Below, piece by piece: positions 1-12,986 of a stretch of DNA of 64,000 nt (position 1 is the stretch's first letter; the number at the start of each line of letters is the position of its first letter). The translations under genes and the position numbers were made by a program. This DNA comes from Malacoraja senta (Eukaryota). The notes beneath the pieces are model-generated. The model searched no databases. It was given only the letters and a program-made list of their open reading frames with translations, and was not told the origin of the DNA. The stretch is taken from assembly GCA_038087875.1 (NCBI GenBank), contig JAXLNO010000672.1, positions 1 to 64,000 of the forward strand, written 5' to 3'.

Positions 1-570
1 GTCACTACCTCCTAATGGTTCCTTTACCTCGAGTTCCCTTATCAAATCCGGTTCATTACATAACATTAAATCCAGAATTGCCTACTCTCTGGTAGGCTCC
101 AGTACAAGCTGCTCTAAGAATCCATCTCGGAGGCACTCTACAAACTCCCTTTCTTGGGGTCCAGTACCAACCTGATTTCCAGTCTACCTGCATGTTGAAA
201 TCTCACATAACCACCGTAGCATCACCTTTGTCACATGCTAATTTTAACTCCTGATGCAACTTGCACTTTATCTCCAGGCTACTGTTTGGGGGCCTGTAGA
301 TAAGTCCCATTAGGGTCTTTTTACCCTTATAATTTCTCAGTTCTATGCACAATGACTCTACATCTTCTGACTCTATGTCACCCCTCCCAAGAGACCGAAT
401 TTCAAGACCTGTCTGTCTTTTCGATAGGATGTATACCCTTGAATATTCAGTTCCCTGCTCTGGTCCTCTTGCAGCCATGTCTCTGTAATTTCCACAACAT
501 CATACTCACCAATTTCTAACTGAGCCTCAAGCCACTTTATTTCATATACTTCGCGCATTCATATATAACA
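1..570 (-). mobile_element. CR1-clade LINE fragment, APE endonuclease region, frameshifted
   Basis: ORFs 373..558 and 203..478 give ITETWLQE..ELNIQGY and IYRPPNS, matching the CR1 ORF2 endonuclease at 23111+. Confidence 0.85.
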
Positions 571-799
571 CTTTTAATTCAGTCTTCACGGCACCTCTCA
601 CACCGGTTCCTCTTTCACCTGACCTTACTCTCTTATCCCTTCTTGAACTTTCCGTCCCATTAATTCAGGTGTCTTTCATAACTTTTCCTGTTCTCTCTTC
701 CCCTTTAACTCCATCCTTATACTCCCAATTTGTCAACCCTCCATCCGCTATTTAGTTTATATCCACCCATGCAGCACTGCAAACCCTGTACAGTTATGT

Positions 800-1605
800 T
801 ACAGCTATAAGGAGAGATTGGGCTGGCTACGACTTCATTCCTTGCCATGTAGGAGGCCGAGGGGTGATCTCAAAGAGATGTATAAAATCATGAGGAGAAA
901 AGATAGGGTGAATGCACATTTTTTACCTGGAGTCGAGGAATCAAGAACTAGGAGGCATAGGTTTAAGGTGAGAGGGGAAAGATTGAATAGGAACCCAAAG
1001 GGCATCTTTTACACACACAGGGTGGTGGGTATATAGAACAAGAACGAGCTGCCAGAGGAGGTAGTTGAGAAAGGTACTATAATAACATTTTAAAATCATT
1101 TGGACAAGTGTATAGTTAGGAAAGGTTCCAAATGTCATGGGTCAAGCCTGGACAGGTGGGGCTAACATAGATGAGTTATCTTGGGCAAGATGGGCCCATA
1201 TTGTTTCTGTGCTGTAAGACTATGACCTTAATGGTAAAACCCTTAATAGCATTGATGTGCAGCTGGATCTTGTGGGGGTCCAATTCTATCACTGCCTTAA
1301 AGTAGAAACACCAGTAGGTTGTGGTAAAGAAAGCCTTCATTGGACAGGGCATTGAATATTAGTCAGGAAGTTATGTCATAGTATTGTAGGACATTGGTAC
1401 GGCTGCATTTTGAATATTGTGTGCAGTTCTGGTCGCCCCATTACAGGACATATGTGGAGGCTTTGGAGAGGGTGCAGAAGAGGTTTACCAGAGTGCCACC
1501 TGAATTAAAGGGTATTGGCTTTAAGGAGTGGTTGGACAAACTGGAATTGTTTTCTTAGCAACATCTGAGATTGAGGGGTGACCTGAATGAATTGCAGAAC
1601 ATTGT
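800..1605 (+). mobile_element. Two degraded CR1 3'/RT C-terminal fragments
   Basis: RGDLKEMYKIMR and FYTHRVVGI motifs; catttTgaatattgtgtgcagttctggtcgcccca (LEYCVQFWSP) near 1405-1440. Confidence 0.8.
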
Positions 1606-1855
1606 GAGGCTTGGCAATTTTGTCATTAAAACCCAAAGAGAATCCTTGGAAAATAATAAATCACTAATGTAAGACTAAAGCAATTGATTAAAAATATGCC
1701 TGGATACATTGTGGCCCCAACTGGATATGCAATAGTGTGCAGCCTGCCAGGCAATAAGTTGCAATTGGAAAGTGAAGGCGGGCTGGATCAACCACATTCT
1801 AAGAGTTGGGCAATTATGACCATGTGATGTGTGTAAATAGTGCTGCTTTATCTTA

Positions 1856-2014
1856 GATAGACAAAAATGCTGGAGAAACTCAGTGGGTGAGGCAGCATCT
1901 ATGGAGCGAAGGAAACAGGTGACGTTTCGGATCGAGACCCTTCTTCAGTCTGAGTTTCTCCAGAATTTTTGTCTACCTTCAATGTTTCCAGCATCTGCAG
2001 TTCTTTCTTAAACA
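1856..2014. mobile_element. Short Penelope-derived foldback insertion with 13-bp TSD
   Basis: TSD ctgctttatctta at 1843-1855 and 2015-2027; inverted arms tagacaaaaatgctggagaaactcag / ctgagtttctccagaatttttgtcta; homologous to the Penelope 3' end at 12890-12986. Confidence 0.8.
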
Positions 2015-2989
2015 CTGCTTTATCTTATAAAAGTTGGATATCCTATGCTTGTGAATCCTTTCTTTTGGCTTTGGGCCAGCAGCAATTGTGCAAGAATTCA
2101 AATAAACTGGAGGCTACTGAAGAGAAGATGAAGATTGGTTCAGATTGACTTTGGGGAGCCCAACAGTGGATAGAACATTTATTTCACCAGAAATCCAAGG
2201 AATATAGGGGAAATAGTTGCAAAATCTACACAGAGGATGCTTGGGAACAATGTGACCTTCCTGCTTGGTATTATGTAGAGGTGAAAAACTTGTGGAAATT
2301 TATTGCTGTTGTCTACTCTTAATATCCAAATAAGCCAAATAATGATGTGGTCTCATCAATTGCAGATGCTGCAAATCTGGAATAAAAACAATATGCTAGA
2401 AAACACTCAGCAGATCAGGCAACAAATGTGGAAATAGGAACCGGGTTAACATTTCAGGCTGAAAGTGCTTCATCAGCACTTTGAAGCGGTTGTTTTAGTA
2501 CATCATTTTACTTTTTCCTAGTTAATGTATTGAATAATAGAATTTGTTAAATTCAAATGCTCAATAAAAATACGGTATTTTTAGATATTAAACGTTGGTC
2601 AATCAGTTGTTAAATGGGAACTTTCTACTCAGCATGTACTGTAAGTGCACAGGCAATTCACCTTTGAACCTCCCACTTAAATGAACTGAGTTTATCATTT
2701 ACAAACACAATGGCAATTCCAACAGGAATGTAATAAAAAGTTTTATTATACAAATTGTGAAGTAATATTTAAACCAGGAAAGAAACAATTAATGACATGT
2801 CTGCGCAATCACATTGGAGTCTTGACTTGAATAGATTTTATGCCGTAGATCAGTATAAAACCAGATTGACCGCAAAAGGTGGTAATTTCATCTCTGTCCT
2901 CTTTAAAAGTAATACCTGTTGGGCAATTTCAAGTGTTTTGAGAACTAGAGTTCAGAGTTAAGTATATTGAACCAACATTGAGTCTTGAT

Positions 2990-3596
2990 GGTGTGAGTAC
3001 AGAAGTTGGGAGGCCACGTTGTAGTTGTATTAGACGTTGGCGAGACCACATTTAGAATATTGTGTTCAGTTCTGGGCACCATGTTATAGGAAAGATGTTG
3101 TCAAGGTGGAATGGGTACAGAGAAGATTTACAAGGATGTTGCCAGGACTAGAGGGTCTGAACTACAGGGAGACGTTGAGTAGACTGCGATTCTATTGCCT
3201 GGAGCGCAGGAGAATGGGGGGTGATTTTATAGAGGTGTATAAGATCATGAGAGGAATAGATCGGGTAGATGCACAGAGTCCCTTGCCCGGATAGGTGAAT
3301 CAAGGACCAGACGACATGGGTGCAAGGTGAAAGGGAAAAGATTTAATAGGAATCTGAGGGGTAACTTTTTCACACAAAGGGTGGTGGGTGTATGGAACAA
3401 GCTGCCAGAGGAGGTAGTTGAGGCTGGGACTATCCCAACGTTTAAGAAACAGTTAGACAGGTACATGGACAGGACAGGTTTGGAGGGATATGGGCCAAAT
3501 GTGGGCAGGTGGGACTAGTGCAGCTGGGATATGTTGGCCGGTGTGAGCAAGTTGGGCCGAAGGGCCTGTTTCCACGCTGTATCACTCTGACTCTAT
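2990..3596 (+). mobile_element. CR1 LINE 3' fragment with short tandem tail
   Basis: RPHLEYCVQFWAP and FFTQRVVGVWNKLP ORFs; ends in ctctgactcta. Confidence 0.9.
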
Positions 3597-4139
3597 ACGT
3601 GGGGAATGTCTCTTCCGGTGGGTTGAGAACCCACTGGGACGACAATATTTAGTGCGGTATCAAAACCTGGAGCACTTACGTTCTACACATATGCCATGGT
3701 TAAAAGAATTTGCACTCATTTGCATAATGTTTTAACAAGTTATCTGAAGGGTGCACCAAAGATTTGGTTATGTAATGAATTAAAAAAATGCAGTGGAAAT
3801 GGCACATAGCACATGACCATTAATCTGCACACGATTACAGGAACAGCAAATGAATGAATGACTAGATTATTTTATGTAAGTTTCACAATAATTCCTCAAA
3901 GGTTGCTAAATTATGTTTTTCTACATGTTTTTAAAAAATCCTTTGGCATGAACTCTGTCATTTAGAGGAACACCAGGTCAGTGAAACCAGCCTTTACGCA
4001 CATCTCAATGTTGAACAGTATTACCATAGCTGCCAAATTGGCTCAAAAACTGTATGCATACATCAGGGCAATCCCTGATTAACACCTGTTTAAGACCTAT
4101 TCACACATTCTATTCATTTAATTTTGTCATCAAGTAATC

Positions 4140-4725
4140 AAAATTTCAGCAAGGCATTTGATAAGTAGACCATATGGTAGACTACTCTGGAATGTTAGAT
4201 CCAGGGACAGCTAGCCGGCTGGAGAGAGAATTGGCTTCATGGAAGGAAGCAGAGGGTGATGTGGAAAATTGTTTTTCAGACTGAAGGCCTGTGACTAGCA
4301 GTGAGCCTCAGGGATTGGTGCTGGGCCCATTGGTGTTTGTGGTTTATATCAACTATTTGAATGAGAATGTACAAGGCACAATTAGAAAGTTTGCAGATGG
4401 CACTAAAGTGGGCGGTATTGTAGATATCAAAGATGAATATGAAAGAATTCAGCAGCATTTTGATCAGGTGGCCAAGTGAACTGAGGAATGGAGATCAGTG
4501 GTGTTGCATTTTGGGAAATCAAACCAGGGCAGGGCTCTGGGGAGTGTCGTGCAGCAGAGGAATCTAGGAGTGCAGGTGCATTGGTCTTTGAAAGAGGCGT
4601 CATCGGTAGGGTGGTCTAGAAGGCTTCCAGCATATTTGCCTTCATCTGTCAAGGTATTGAATATAGAGGTTGAGATGTTGTTACAGTTGTAAATGATGTT
4701 GGTGAGGCCACATTTGGAGTATGAT
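4140..4725 (+). mobile_element. Degraded CR1 RT fragment
   Basis: PQGLVLGPLVFVVYIN and KFADGTK motifs (ORF 4291..4479). Confidence 0.8.
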
Positions 4726-4739
4726 CTCCCGGTTGCCAA

Positions 4740-5392
4740 CCACTGGGTGGTGCCCGTAATGGCTGCCTCGCAAACTGTCTGTCTCGTCCCTTCTCTGTTT
4801 TTATTATTTTAAGTATGTCCTAAATGTATGTTTCAATGTTTCATGGTTTGTTTTATGTGGGGGGTGGGGGGGGGGGGGAATCGGGGAAAACCTTTTCCAG
4901 TCACTTTCCTTGACAGAGATGCGATTTTTCTCCGTCTCGCATCTCCGTCTCCCCTGCAGCCTAACAACGTGGAGTTGGCGGCCTTTCCTGGAGACTGGCC
5001 CGGCGCTTCAAACCGTGGGCACGGCACGGACTTCAACATCAGCAGCTGTGATCCTTTGCCGAGGATTGTGCAGAGCTCCAATCGCGGGGCCTGTGGACTT
5101 TAACACCGTGAAGCCCGCGGTCTCCGGTAAGAAGAGGCCGACATGGGAGCTCGGACCGTTGGCAGCGGCGAACTGTGGAGGGATCAAAGGCCCTGACCAC
5201 GGTGAACAAAGGAGGAGGATGATTGAACTTTATTACCTTCCATCACAGTGAGGAATGTGGATTCTGCTGTGGTGGATGTTTATGTTAAATTTTGGCTGTG
5301 TATCTTGTTGCATTTTACTTAGTATGGCTGTATGGTAACTCAAATTTCACTGTACTTAATTGGTACATGTGACTATTAAATTGAATCTTGAA
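4740..5392 (+). mobile_element. Unclassified interspersed repeat with LINE/SINE-like tail
   Basis: GC-rich body ending attaaattgaatcttgaat; a diverged inverted relative lies at about 29930-30210. Confidence 0.5.
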
Positions 5393-6268
5393 TAACCATA
5401 TAACCATATAACCATTACAGCACGGAAACAGGCCATCTCGGCCCTTCAAGTCCGTGCCGAACACTTTATTTATTTATTTATTTATTGATTAATTTTTTCT
5501 CCCTTCTTTCTTCTTTCTTCCCCCTAGTCCCATCTACCTGCACTCAGACCATAACCCTCCATTCCTTTCCCGTCCATATACCCATCCAATCTATTTTTAA
5601 AGGATAAAATCGAACCTGCCTCCACCACTTCCACTGGAAGCTCATTCCACACAGCTACCACTCTCTGAGTAAAGAAGTTCCCCCTAATGTTACCCCTAAA
5701 CTTCTGTCCCTTAATTCTCAAGTCATGTCCCCTTGTTTGAATCTTCCCTACTCTCAATGGGAAAAGCTTATCCACGTCAATTCTGTCTAACCCGCTCATC
5801 ATTTTAAAGACCTCTATCAAGTCCCCTCTTAACCTTCTGCGCTCCAAAGAATAAAGACCTAACTTGTTCAACCTTTCTCTGTAACTTAGTTGCTGAAACC
5901 CAGGTAACATTCTAGTAAATCTCCTCTGTACTCTCTCTATTTTGTTGACATCCTTACTATAATTAGGCGACCAAAATTGTACTCCATACTCCAGAATTGG
6001 CCTCACCAATGCCTTGTACAATTTTAACATTACATCCCAACTTCTATATTCAATGCTCTGATTTATAAAGGCCAGCACACCAAAAGCTTTCTTTACCACA
6101 CTATCTACATGAGATTCCACCTTCAGGGAACTATGCACAGTTATTCCTAGATCCCTCTGTTCAAGTGCATTCCTCAATTCGCTACCATTTACCATGTACG
6201 TCCTATTTTGATTTGTCCTGCCAAGATGTAGCACCTCACATTTATCAGCATCAAACTCCATCTGCCAA
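5393..6268 (-). mobile_element. Young CR1 3' fragment (open RT C-terminus, about 250 aa) with (tatggtta)n tail
   Basis: ORF 5524..6294: WQMEFDADKCEVLH, RPILEYGVQFWSP, FFTQRVVAVWNELP; taaccata repeats at 5393-5415. Confidence 0.92.
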
Positions 6269-6269
6269 T

Positions 6270-6740
6270 CTTGAAGAACTACAGATAGACACAAAATGAT
6301 GGAGTAACTCAGCGGGACGACAGCATCTCTGGAGAGAAGGAATGGGTGACGTTTCGGGTCGAGACCTTCATAGAAACATAGAAAATAGGTGCAGGATTAG
6401 GCCTTTCGGCCCTTCGAGCCTGCACCGCCATTCAATATGATCATGGCTGATCATCCAACTCAGTATCCTGTACCTTCCTTCTCTCCATACCCCCTGATCC
6501 CTTTAGCCACAAGGGCCAGACTGTGAAAGGTGGATACAGATGAGAGGGGTTTTGATTGGCAGATGGTTGGACAAAGAACATAGTGTGAGATAAGGAGAGA
6601 AGAGGCGTACATTGTGAAGCCAGAGGAATGAATATTGGTAGAAGGGGGGAATTGGGTGTGTGTCCAGATGAGTTCAGGTAAGGGACAAGGGGGAGGGGGT
6701 GGGGGGGGGAAGATGAAAAGGGGATGTTTAAATTGGCATT
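6270..6740 (-). mobile_element. Penelope 3'/pLTR fragment interrupted by a CR1 3' tail (about 6371-6517)
   Basis: gacacaaaatgatggagtaactcagcggg...gacgtttcgggtcgagacc, then tagaaacatagaaa (CR1 tail). Confidence 0.6.
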
Positions 6741-7069
6741 GTGGTCAGCACATCTTAATATGGGCAAAGGGACCTGTTCCTATACTTGTTCTGTTCTATG
6801 TTCTAATGAAATGTCATCAACATATTATGTTAACTTTATTTTTCTCTTCCACAGAGACTGCCTAACCAGGTGGGTATTGCTGGCATTCTTTTCTACTTCA
6901 GATTTCCTGCAACTTCAGTGTTTCTCTTTCCGCTGTTCTCATTTGCATCTCCACACAGATGAGGTTCCAGCACAGATCCCCGCGGAACTCCACTGGACAC
7001 AGACCTCCAGCCTGAACAACGCCCGTCCACCACAGCCCTCTGTCTTCTGTCAGTAAGCCAGTTAGGAAT

Positions 7070-8045
7070 CTGTACAATCAAGTAAGAGTGTTTTATTGTC
7101 ATTATTCCCAAAATGGATCAATGACATTCTTACTTGAGGCAACACAACAGGTATGTAAATATAGTATTCCATGGACATTGTAATCAACAACAAAAAGAAG
7201 TTCAGTCACAATAACAAAGACAAACGAAAAATAAAGTGCAAAAATAAAAACAAAACCCTGAGTCTGGAGTACAATCACGACAGTTTGTAGTTTGGAGTTT
7301 AGTTGGTGTTCATAGTGTTCAATAGCCTGATGGTTGTTGGAAAGAAGCTGTTTCTGGACCTGGATGTGAGAGTTTCCGACTCCTGTACCTTCTTCCCAAT
7401 GGCAGGAATGAAATGAGAGCGTGGCCAGGGTCTTTGATGATGCTGGCTGCTGTTTTGAGACAGTACCTCCAGTAGGTGAGTACCCGTGATGGACCGGGCA
7501 GTGATACCACAGTGTCCATCTCCTTCATTCCTGGGCTGTCATATTGCCAAACCAGGCCATGATACAACTGGTCAATATGCCCTCTGCCGTACACATGCGG
7601 ACGTTTAAGACAGCACTCCTCAACATATCAATCTCCTCAATCATCTCAGGACGTTGATGGGTTTCTTTATGATTGCATCAATGTGCTGGGTCCAGGACAG
7701 ATCTTCAGCGATATGTACGCTCAGGAATTTGAAGTTGTTGACTGTCTCCACCACCCTCCCGTCGATCAAGGTAGGTTTGTGGATCTGCTGCATCAATAAT
7801 TAGTTGCTTGGTTTTACTGATACTGAGAGCAAGGCGAATCCTGGCACCATTCCTCAGACAATCAATCTCCCTCCTAGACTCTGGCTCATCATTATTCGTC
7901 ATTCATCCATCAAAGGTGGTGTCATCTGCAAATTAAAAAATGATGTTGGAACCTTGTCCGGCCACACAGTCATGGGTATAGCGGGAGTAGAGCAGGGGCT
8001 GAGCACAGCCTTGTCGTGGCTCTCTGCTGATGGTTATTCTCATTG
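7070..8045 (-). mobile_element. Degraded Rex1/Babar-like LINE 3' fragment
   Basis: AASIIKDPGHAL..LPLGRRYRS and NNDEPESRREID..ISKTKQLIID remnants. Confidence 0.7.
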
Positions 8046-8269
8046 ACAGTGTTCTATTGGTGATCACTGAGGAAGTCACTGTGAAGCTTAATCATTTGGA
8101 TCAGCCGACCATGATCATTGATCACCTTCATCATCTCCTCAAAAAAACGCCAAGTGACTAAGACATGATGTGCTGCGTACTTTGTCCTTAATCAACCCAT
8201 TCGGTTCCAAATACAAGTAAATCCTATCCTGAATCCTCTCCAATGAGGCTCACTCGGCAATAATTCACT

Positions 8270-10390
8270 GGATTCTGTCTCATTTATAAATGACTTAGAC
8301 GGAAGTGAAGATGGTTTGGTTAGTGAGTTTGCAGATGATATTAAGATGCTGGAGTCACAGGCTGGGAGGAAGGCTGTCAAACTATACTTTAGATTAGTTA
8401 CCAACATGAGTGGAGAAATGGCAGGTGGAGTTTAAACCAAGCAAATGTAAGGTGTTGCACTTTGGGAAGTCGAACGAAAGTGAAAATATAAAATTAATAG
8501 CATGACCCTGAAAAGGATTGATGTACAAAGAGATCATGGAGTCCATAACTCCCTGAAAGTGGCAACGTAATTAGCTAGAGTGGTACAGGAGGCACATGCA
8601 CGCTTGCCTTCATTGGTTGTGGAATTGAGTATTAGAGTCAGGAAATCAAAACGCAGCTTAATCAGACTTTGATTAGGCTACATTTGGAGTATAGTGTGCA
8701 GTTCTGGTTGCCCCCGTACAGGAAAGATGTGCAGGATTTGGAAAGAGTACAGAGGAGGTTTATGAGAATGATGCATGGATTACAGCGTCCCAGCTACAAG
8801 GAGAGGTTGGACTGACTTGGACTGGAGTGCTAGTGGTTGAGGGGAGATGTGATTCAAGTTCAAGTTCAAGAAGTTTATTGCCATGTCAACAGGTTGATAG
8901 GAATGTGTCTTGGTTCGCTCTCAGACAGATACAATTCAGTACAATACATCCACCACATACACCACAATAATTAATAAATAATACAGACAATATCGTACGA
9001 AGGACAATATATACAGGAAGGACAGTACCCAGCAGCGTCATGTTAAACGTAGGTGCAAGTGCAAAAGAAAATGCAAGGTGATTAGTGCAAATTCAAATAT
9101 CTGATGGCTTGGAGGTAGGTGCTGTCTCTGAAGCGAGATGTTTTACTTTTAATGCTTCTATATCTCCTTCCTGAAGGGAGGAGATTAAAGAGGTGATGTG
9201 CCGGGTGAAAGTGGTCTGCTATGATTTTTTTGGCCTTTCTGGTGAGTCTTGTTGAGTAAAGTGATGTCACTGAGGGAAGTGTGCTGCAACCGATGATCTT
9301 AGAAGCTCGGCGCACTATTCTCTCCAGCCGAATCTTATCCTGCGAAGTTGTGTGACCATACCAGACAAGCATGGAGAATGTGAGTATGCTTTCTATGGTA
9401 GACCTATAGAAGTGGGTCATGGCTGGTCGACTGACCCTGAATTTTTTGAGCTGCCGCAGGAAGTAGAGTCGCTGGTGGCACTTACTGATTATGAGACTAG
9501 TGTTGAGCTCCCATGATAGGGATTGATGTATGGTGGTCCCGAGGAACTTAAAGAAGATGACCCTCTCAACCACCTCTCCATTGATGAAGAGAGGGAGGAG
9601 GGGGGTGGCCTTCTTTCTGAAATCAACAACCAGCTCCTTAGTTTTTGAGATGTTAAGTATGAGGTTGTTGTTCTCACACCACCTTACTAGCTCCTCTACT
9701 TCCCTACGGTAAACGGTTTCGATGTTATTGGTAATAAGACCTACCACAGATGTGTCATCTGCAAACTTAAATAACAAGACAGAGTCAGAGTGTGAACAGC
9801 AAAAATGTGTGTATACAGAGTACAGAAGAGGTGATAAAACGCAACCCTGGGGGGCGCCGATGTTCAGGAACCTAGCCAGTGAGACATGGTTACCAATTTT
9901 TACCACCTGTTTTCTGTCACATAGAAAGTTATAGATCCATTTACATAGAGATGAGTTGACCCCCAGTTCCTGTAATGTGTGCATCAACTTTACAGGAACG
10001 ATGGTATTAAATGCGGAGCTAAAATCCACAAAAAGAATGCGAGCATATGTGGATCTGGATTCCAGGTGTTGGAGGATGGAGTGCACACAGAGGGACACTG
10101 CATCATCTACACTTCTGTTGGCTCTGTAGGCGAATTGATAAGGATCAAGTGTAATGCTGGAAAGATGTTTGCATACCAGTCTCTCAAGAACCTTGGTACC
10201 ATTATGAGAGGCATAAGCAGGGTAGACAGTCAGAATCTTTTTCCCAGGATAGAAATATCTCAGACCACAGGGCATAGCTATAAGATGTACAGGGCAAGTT
10301 TTATTCATACAGAGGACTGTGGGTGCCTGTACATACTACCAGTGGTGGTGTTGGAGGCAGTTACAATAGTGGCATTTGAGGCTTCAGAAT
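8270..10390 (+). mobile_element. Degraded CR1 RT fragment split by a Rex1 insertion
   Basis: FADD and LEYSVQFW motifs; CR1 stops at ggggagatgtgat (about 8853) and resumes at attatgagaggcata (about 10200). Confidence 0.75.
8854..10196 (-). mobile_element. Rex1/Babar-clade LINE, 5'-truncated, open RT frame
   Basis: ORF 9082..10308: LDPYQFAYRANRSVDDA, VDFSSAFNTI, GAPQGCVLSPLLY, FADD, LPSGRRYRS; 3' end aataaa + (cttgaa)n. Confidence 0.9.
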
Positions 10391-11558
10391 AGTCCTGGAT
10401 ATGCAAGGCATGAGGGATTGGCAATGACCACACTGACACTCTCAGTAGGGTGAACACACTGTATATTTCATTTACAGTGGTAAGAATGTCCAGGACAGCA
10501 TGGGGACGATGTCTCTCACTGTCAGGGCACATGTGCGGTGATGCTGGTGATCTCGGGCTTACCCTGGCAGCTTAGTCCCGGTCTTCAAAGAAGGAGGTGT
10601 GGCGAATGCAGGCTTCTCCCTGCAGTTCACCCTTGCCTCAAGAGGAGGCGCTGGCCGCCTCGGGTTTATCCTGGTGGGCTTGAAAAGGCGGTGCTGGTGG
10701 TCTCTGGTTATCCTGGCAGATTGCCACTGGGCCTGTGTATGTGTGGACACAGTCCTTCATTGTCTATGGGCAGGAAGGTGGGCTGCAATCTCAAGTTTGC
10801 TCTGGCCACTCAGTCTTAGCCTCAGTAGACGCACTGGCAGTTGGACTTCTTCCCAGCAGCCCAGTCTTGCTTGACCACACGGTGGTGATAGTGATCTCAG
10901 GTTTGTACCAGTGGCTCAGTCTTTATTGAACCTGCTTCACATCCTTCCTCAGAGATGCGGCCCAAAACTGTACACAATGCTCAAAATAAATGCTAACGTT
11001 GCATTTGCCATCCTTATTACTGATGGAACTTAAAAAGTAAGGTTTTGGGAAACCTGCACAATCACCCTCAAGTCCCTTTGCACCTCCTGTTTCTGATTCC
11101 TCTCCCCATTTAGAATAACACATCTTTATTTCTACTACCAAAATTGATGACTCCACATTTTGCAATGCTGTATTCCATCTGAAACTTCTCTGCCCACTCT
11201 CCCAACCTGTCCAAGTCCTTCTGCAGAGTCCCTGCTTTCTCTACACTACCTGCCCCATCCACCTCTTTTCATATCATCCACAAACTGGGCCACAAATCTT
11301 TCAATTCCCTTATCCAAATCATTGGTACACGCTGTGAAGAGTAGCGGCCCCAGCACCGAGCCCTGTGGAACTCCGCTAGCCACTGGCAGCCAACCTGAAA
11401 AAGCCCTCTTTATTGCCACTCTTTTGCCTGCCATCCAGCCAACCTGCTATCCTGCTATCTATCCTCTGATACTGTGGGCTCTCACATTCCTTAGCAGACT
11501 CACGTATGGCACCTTATCAAAGGCCTTCAGAAAATCTTGATAAACAACATCCACTGAC

Positions 11559-12986
11559 ATCCATTGACTCCTCCCATTTCCTCCAAATACAAGGCGTAGC
11601 TATGGGCACACGCATGGGCCCCAGCTACGCCTGCCTCTTTGTCGGGTACGTAGAACAATCCTTGTTCAATGCGTACCAGGGCCCCATCCCCGACCTCTAC
11701 CTCCGCTACATCGATGATTGTTTTGGTGCCACATCCTGCACCCACACACAACTGACTGACTTCATCCGCTTCACCACCAACTTCCATCCGGCACTAAAAT
11801 ACACCTGGACCATTTCCGACACTTCCCTACCATTCCTTGACCTCACTATCTCCATCGCAGGTGTTAGACTCCTTACCGACATCCACTACAAACCTACCGA
11901 CTCCCATGGCTATCTGGACTACACTTCTTCCCACCCTGCTTCCTGTAAGGACTCCATCCCCCACTCCCAATTCCTCCGTCTACGCCGCATCTGCTCCCAG
12001 GATGAGGCATTCCACACCAGGGCATCTGAAATGTCCTCATTCTTCAGGGAACGGGGGTTCCCCTCCTCCACCATAAATGAGGCTCGCACCAGGGTCTCTG
12101 CCATACCCCGCAACACTGCTCTCTCTCCCCATCCCCCCACTCACAACAAGGGCAGAGTCCCCCTAGTCCTCACCTTTCACCCCACCAGCCGTCACATACA
12201 ACAAGTGATCCTCCGTCAGTTTCGCCACCTCCAACGTGACCCCACCACTCGCCACATCTTCCCATCTCCCCCCATGTCTGCCTTCCGCAAAGACCGCTCC
12301 CTCCGTAACTCCCTTGTCAATTCTTCCCTTCCCTCCCATAACACCCCCTCCCCTGGTACTTTCCCTTGCAACCGCAAGAGATGCAACCCTTGTCCCTTCA
12401 CCTCCCCCCTCTACTCCATTCAAGGACCCAAGCAGTCGTTCCAGGTGCGACAGAGGTTCACCTGCATCTCCTCCAACCTCATCTATTGCATTCGCTGCTC
12501 TAGATGTCAACTGATCTACATCGGTGAGACCAATCGGTGAGATCGGCTTGCCGATCGTTTCGCCGAACACCTCCGGTCGGTCCGCAATAACCAACCTGAA
12601 CTCCCGGTGGCTCAGCACTTCAACTCCCCCTCCCATTCCGTATCTGACCTCTCTGTCCTGGGTCTCCTCCATGGCCACCGCGAGCAACACTGTAAATTGG
12701 AGGAAATGCACCTCATATTCCGCTTGGGCAGTCTACATCCTGGGGGCTTGAACATTGAATTCTCCCAATTCTGCTAGCCCTTGCTGTCCCCTCCCCTTCA
12801 TCAGCCATCTGGTTGTCTCCTCCCCTCCCCCAGCCCTCGGGCTCCTCCTCCGCCTTTTTCCTTTTTTCCTTTCTTCTCCCCACCCCCTATCAGTCTGAAG
12901 AAGGGTTTCGGCCCGAAACGTTACCTATTTCCTTCGCTCCATAGATGCTGCTGCACCCGCTGAGTTTCTCCAGCATTTTTGTGTAC
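11559..12986 (+). mobile_element. Penelope-like element, 5'-truncated: RT C-terminus, GIY-YIG endonuclease, pLTR
   Basis: QIQGVAMGTRMGPSYA, YLRYIDD, IYCIRCSRCQLIYIGET; the frame continues RFAEHL...LNIEF to about 12777 after a disruption; TSD catccactgac at 11548-11558 and 12987-12997. Confidence 0.92.
12895..12922 (+). ncRNA. Minimal type I hammerhead ribozyme motif in Penelope pLTR
   Basis: CTGAAGA-A-GGGT(TTCG)GCCC-GAAAC-GTT. Confidence 0.65.

Noticed and set aside
10197..10308. N-terminus of the 408-aa ORF as a novel domain
   Set aside because: Antisense CR1 sequence fortuitously in frame with the Rex1 RT.
10395..10925. Possible Gypsy integrase tail or host exon
   Set aside because: No motif I can support; left unassigned.
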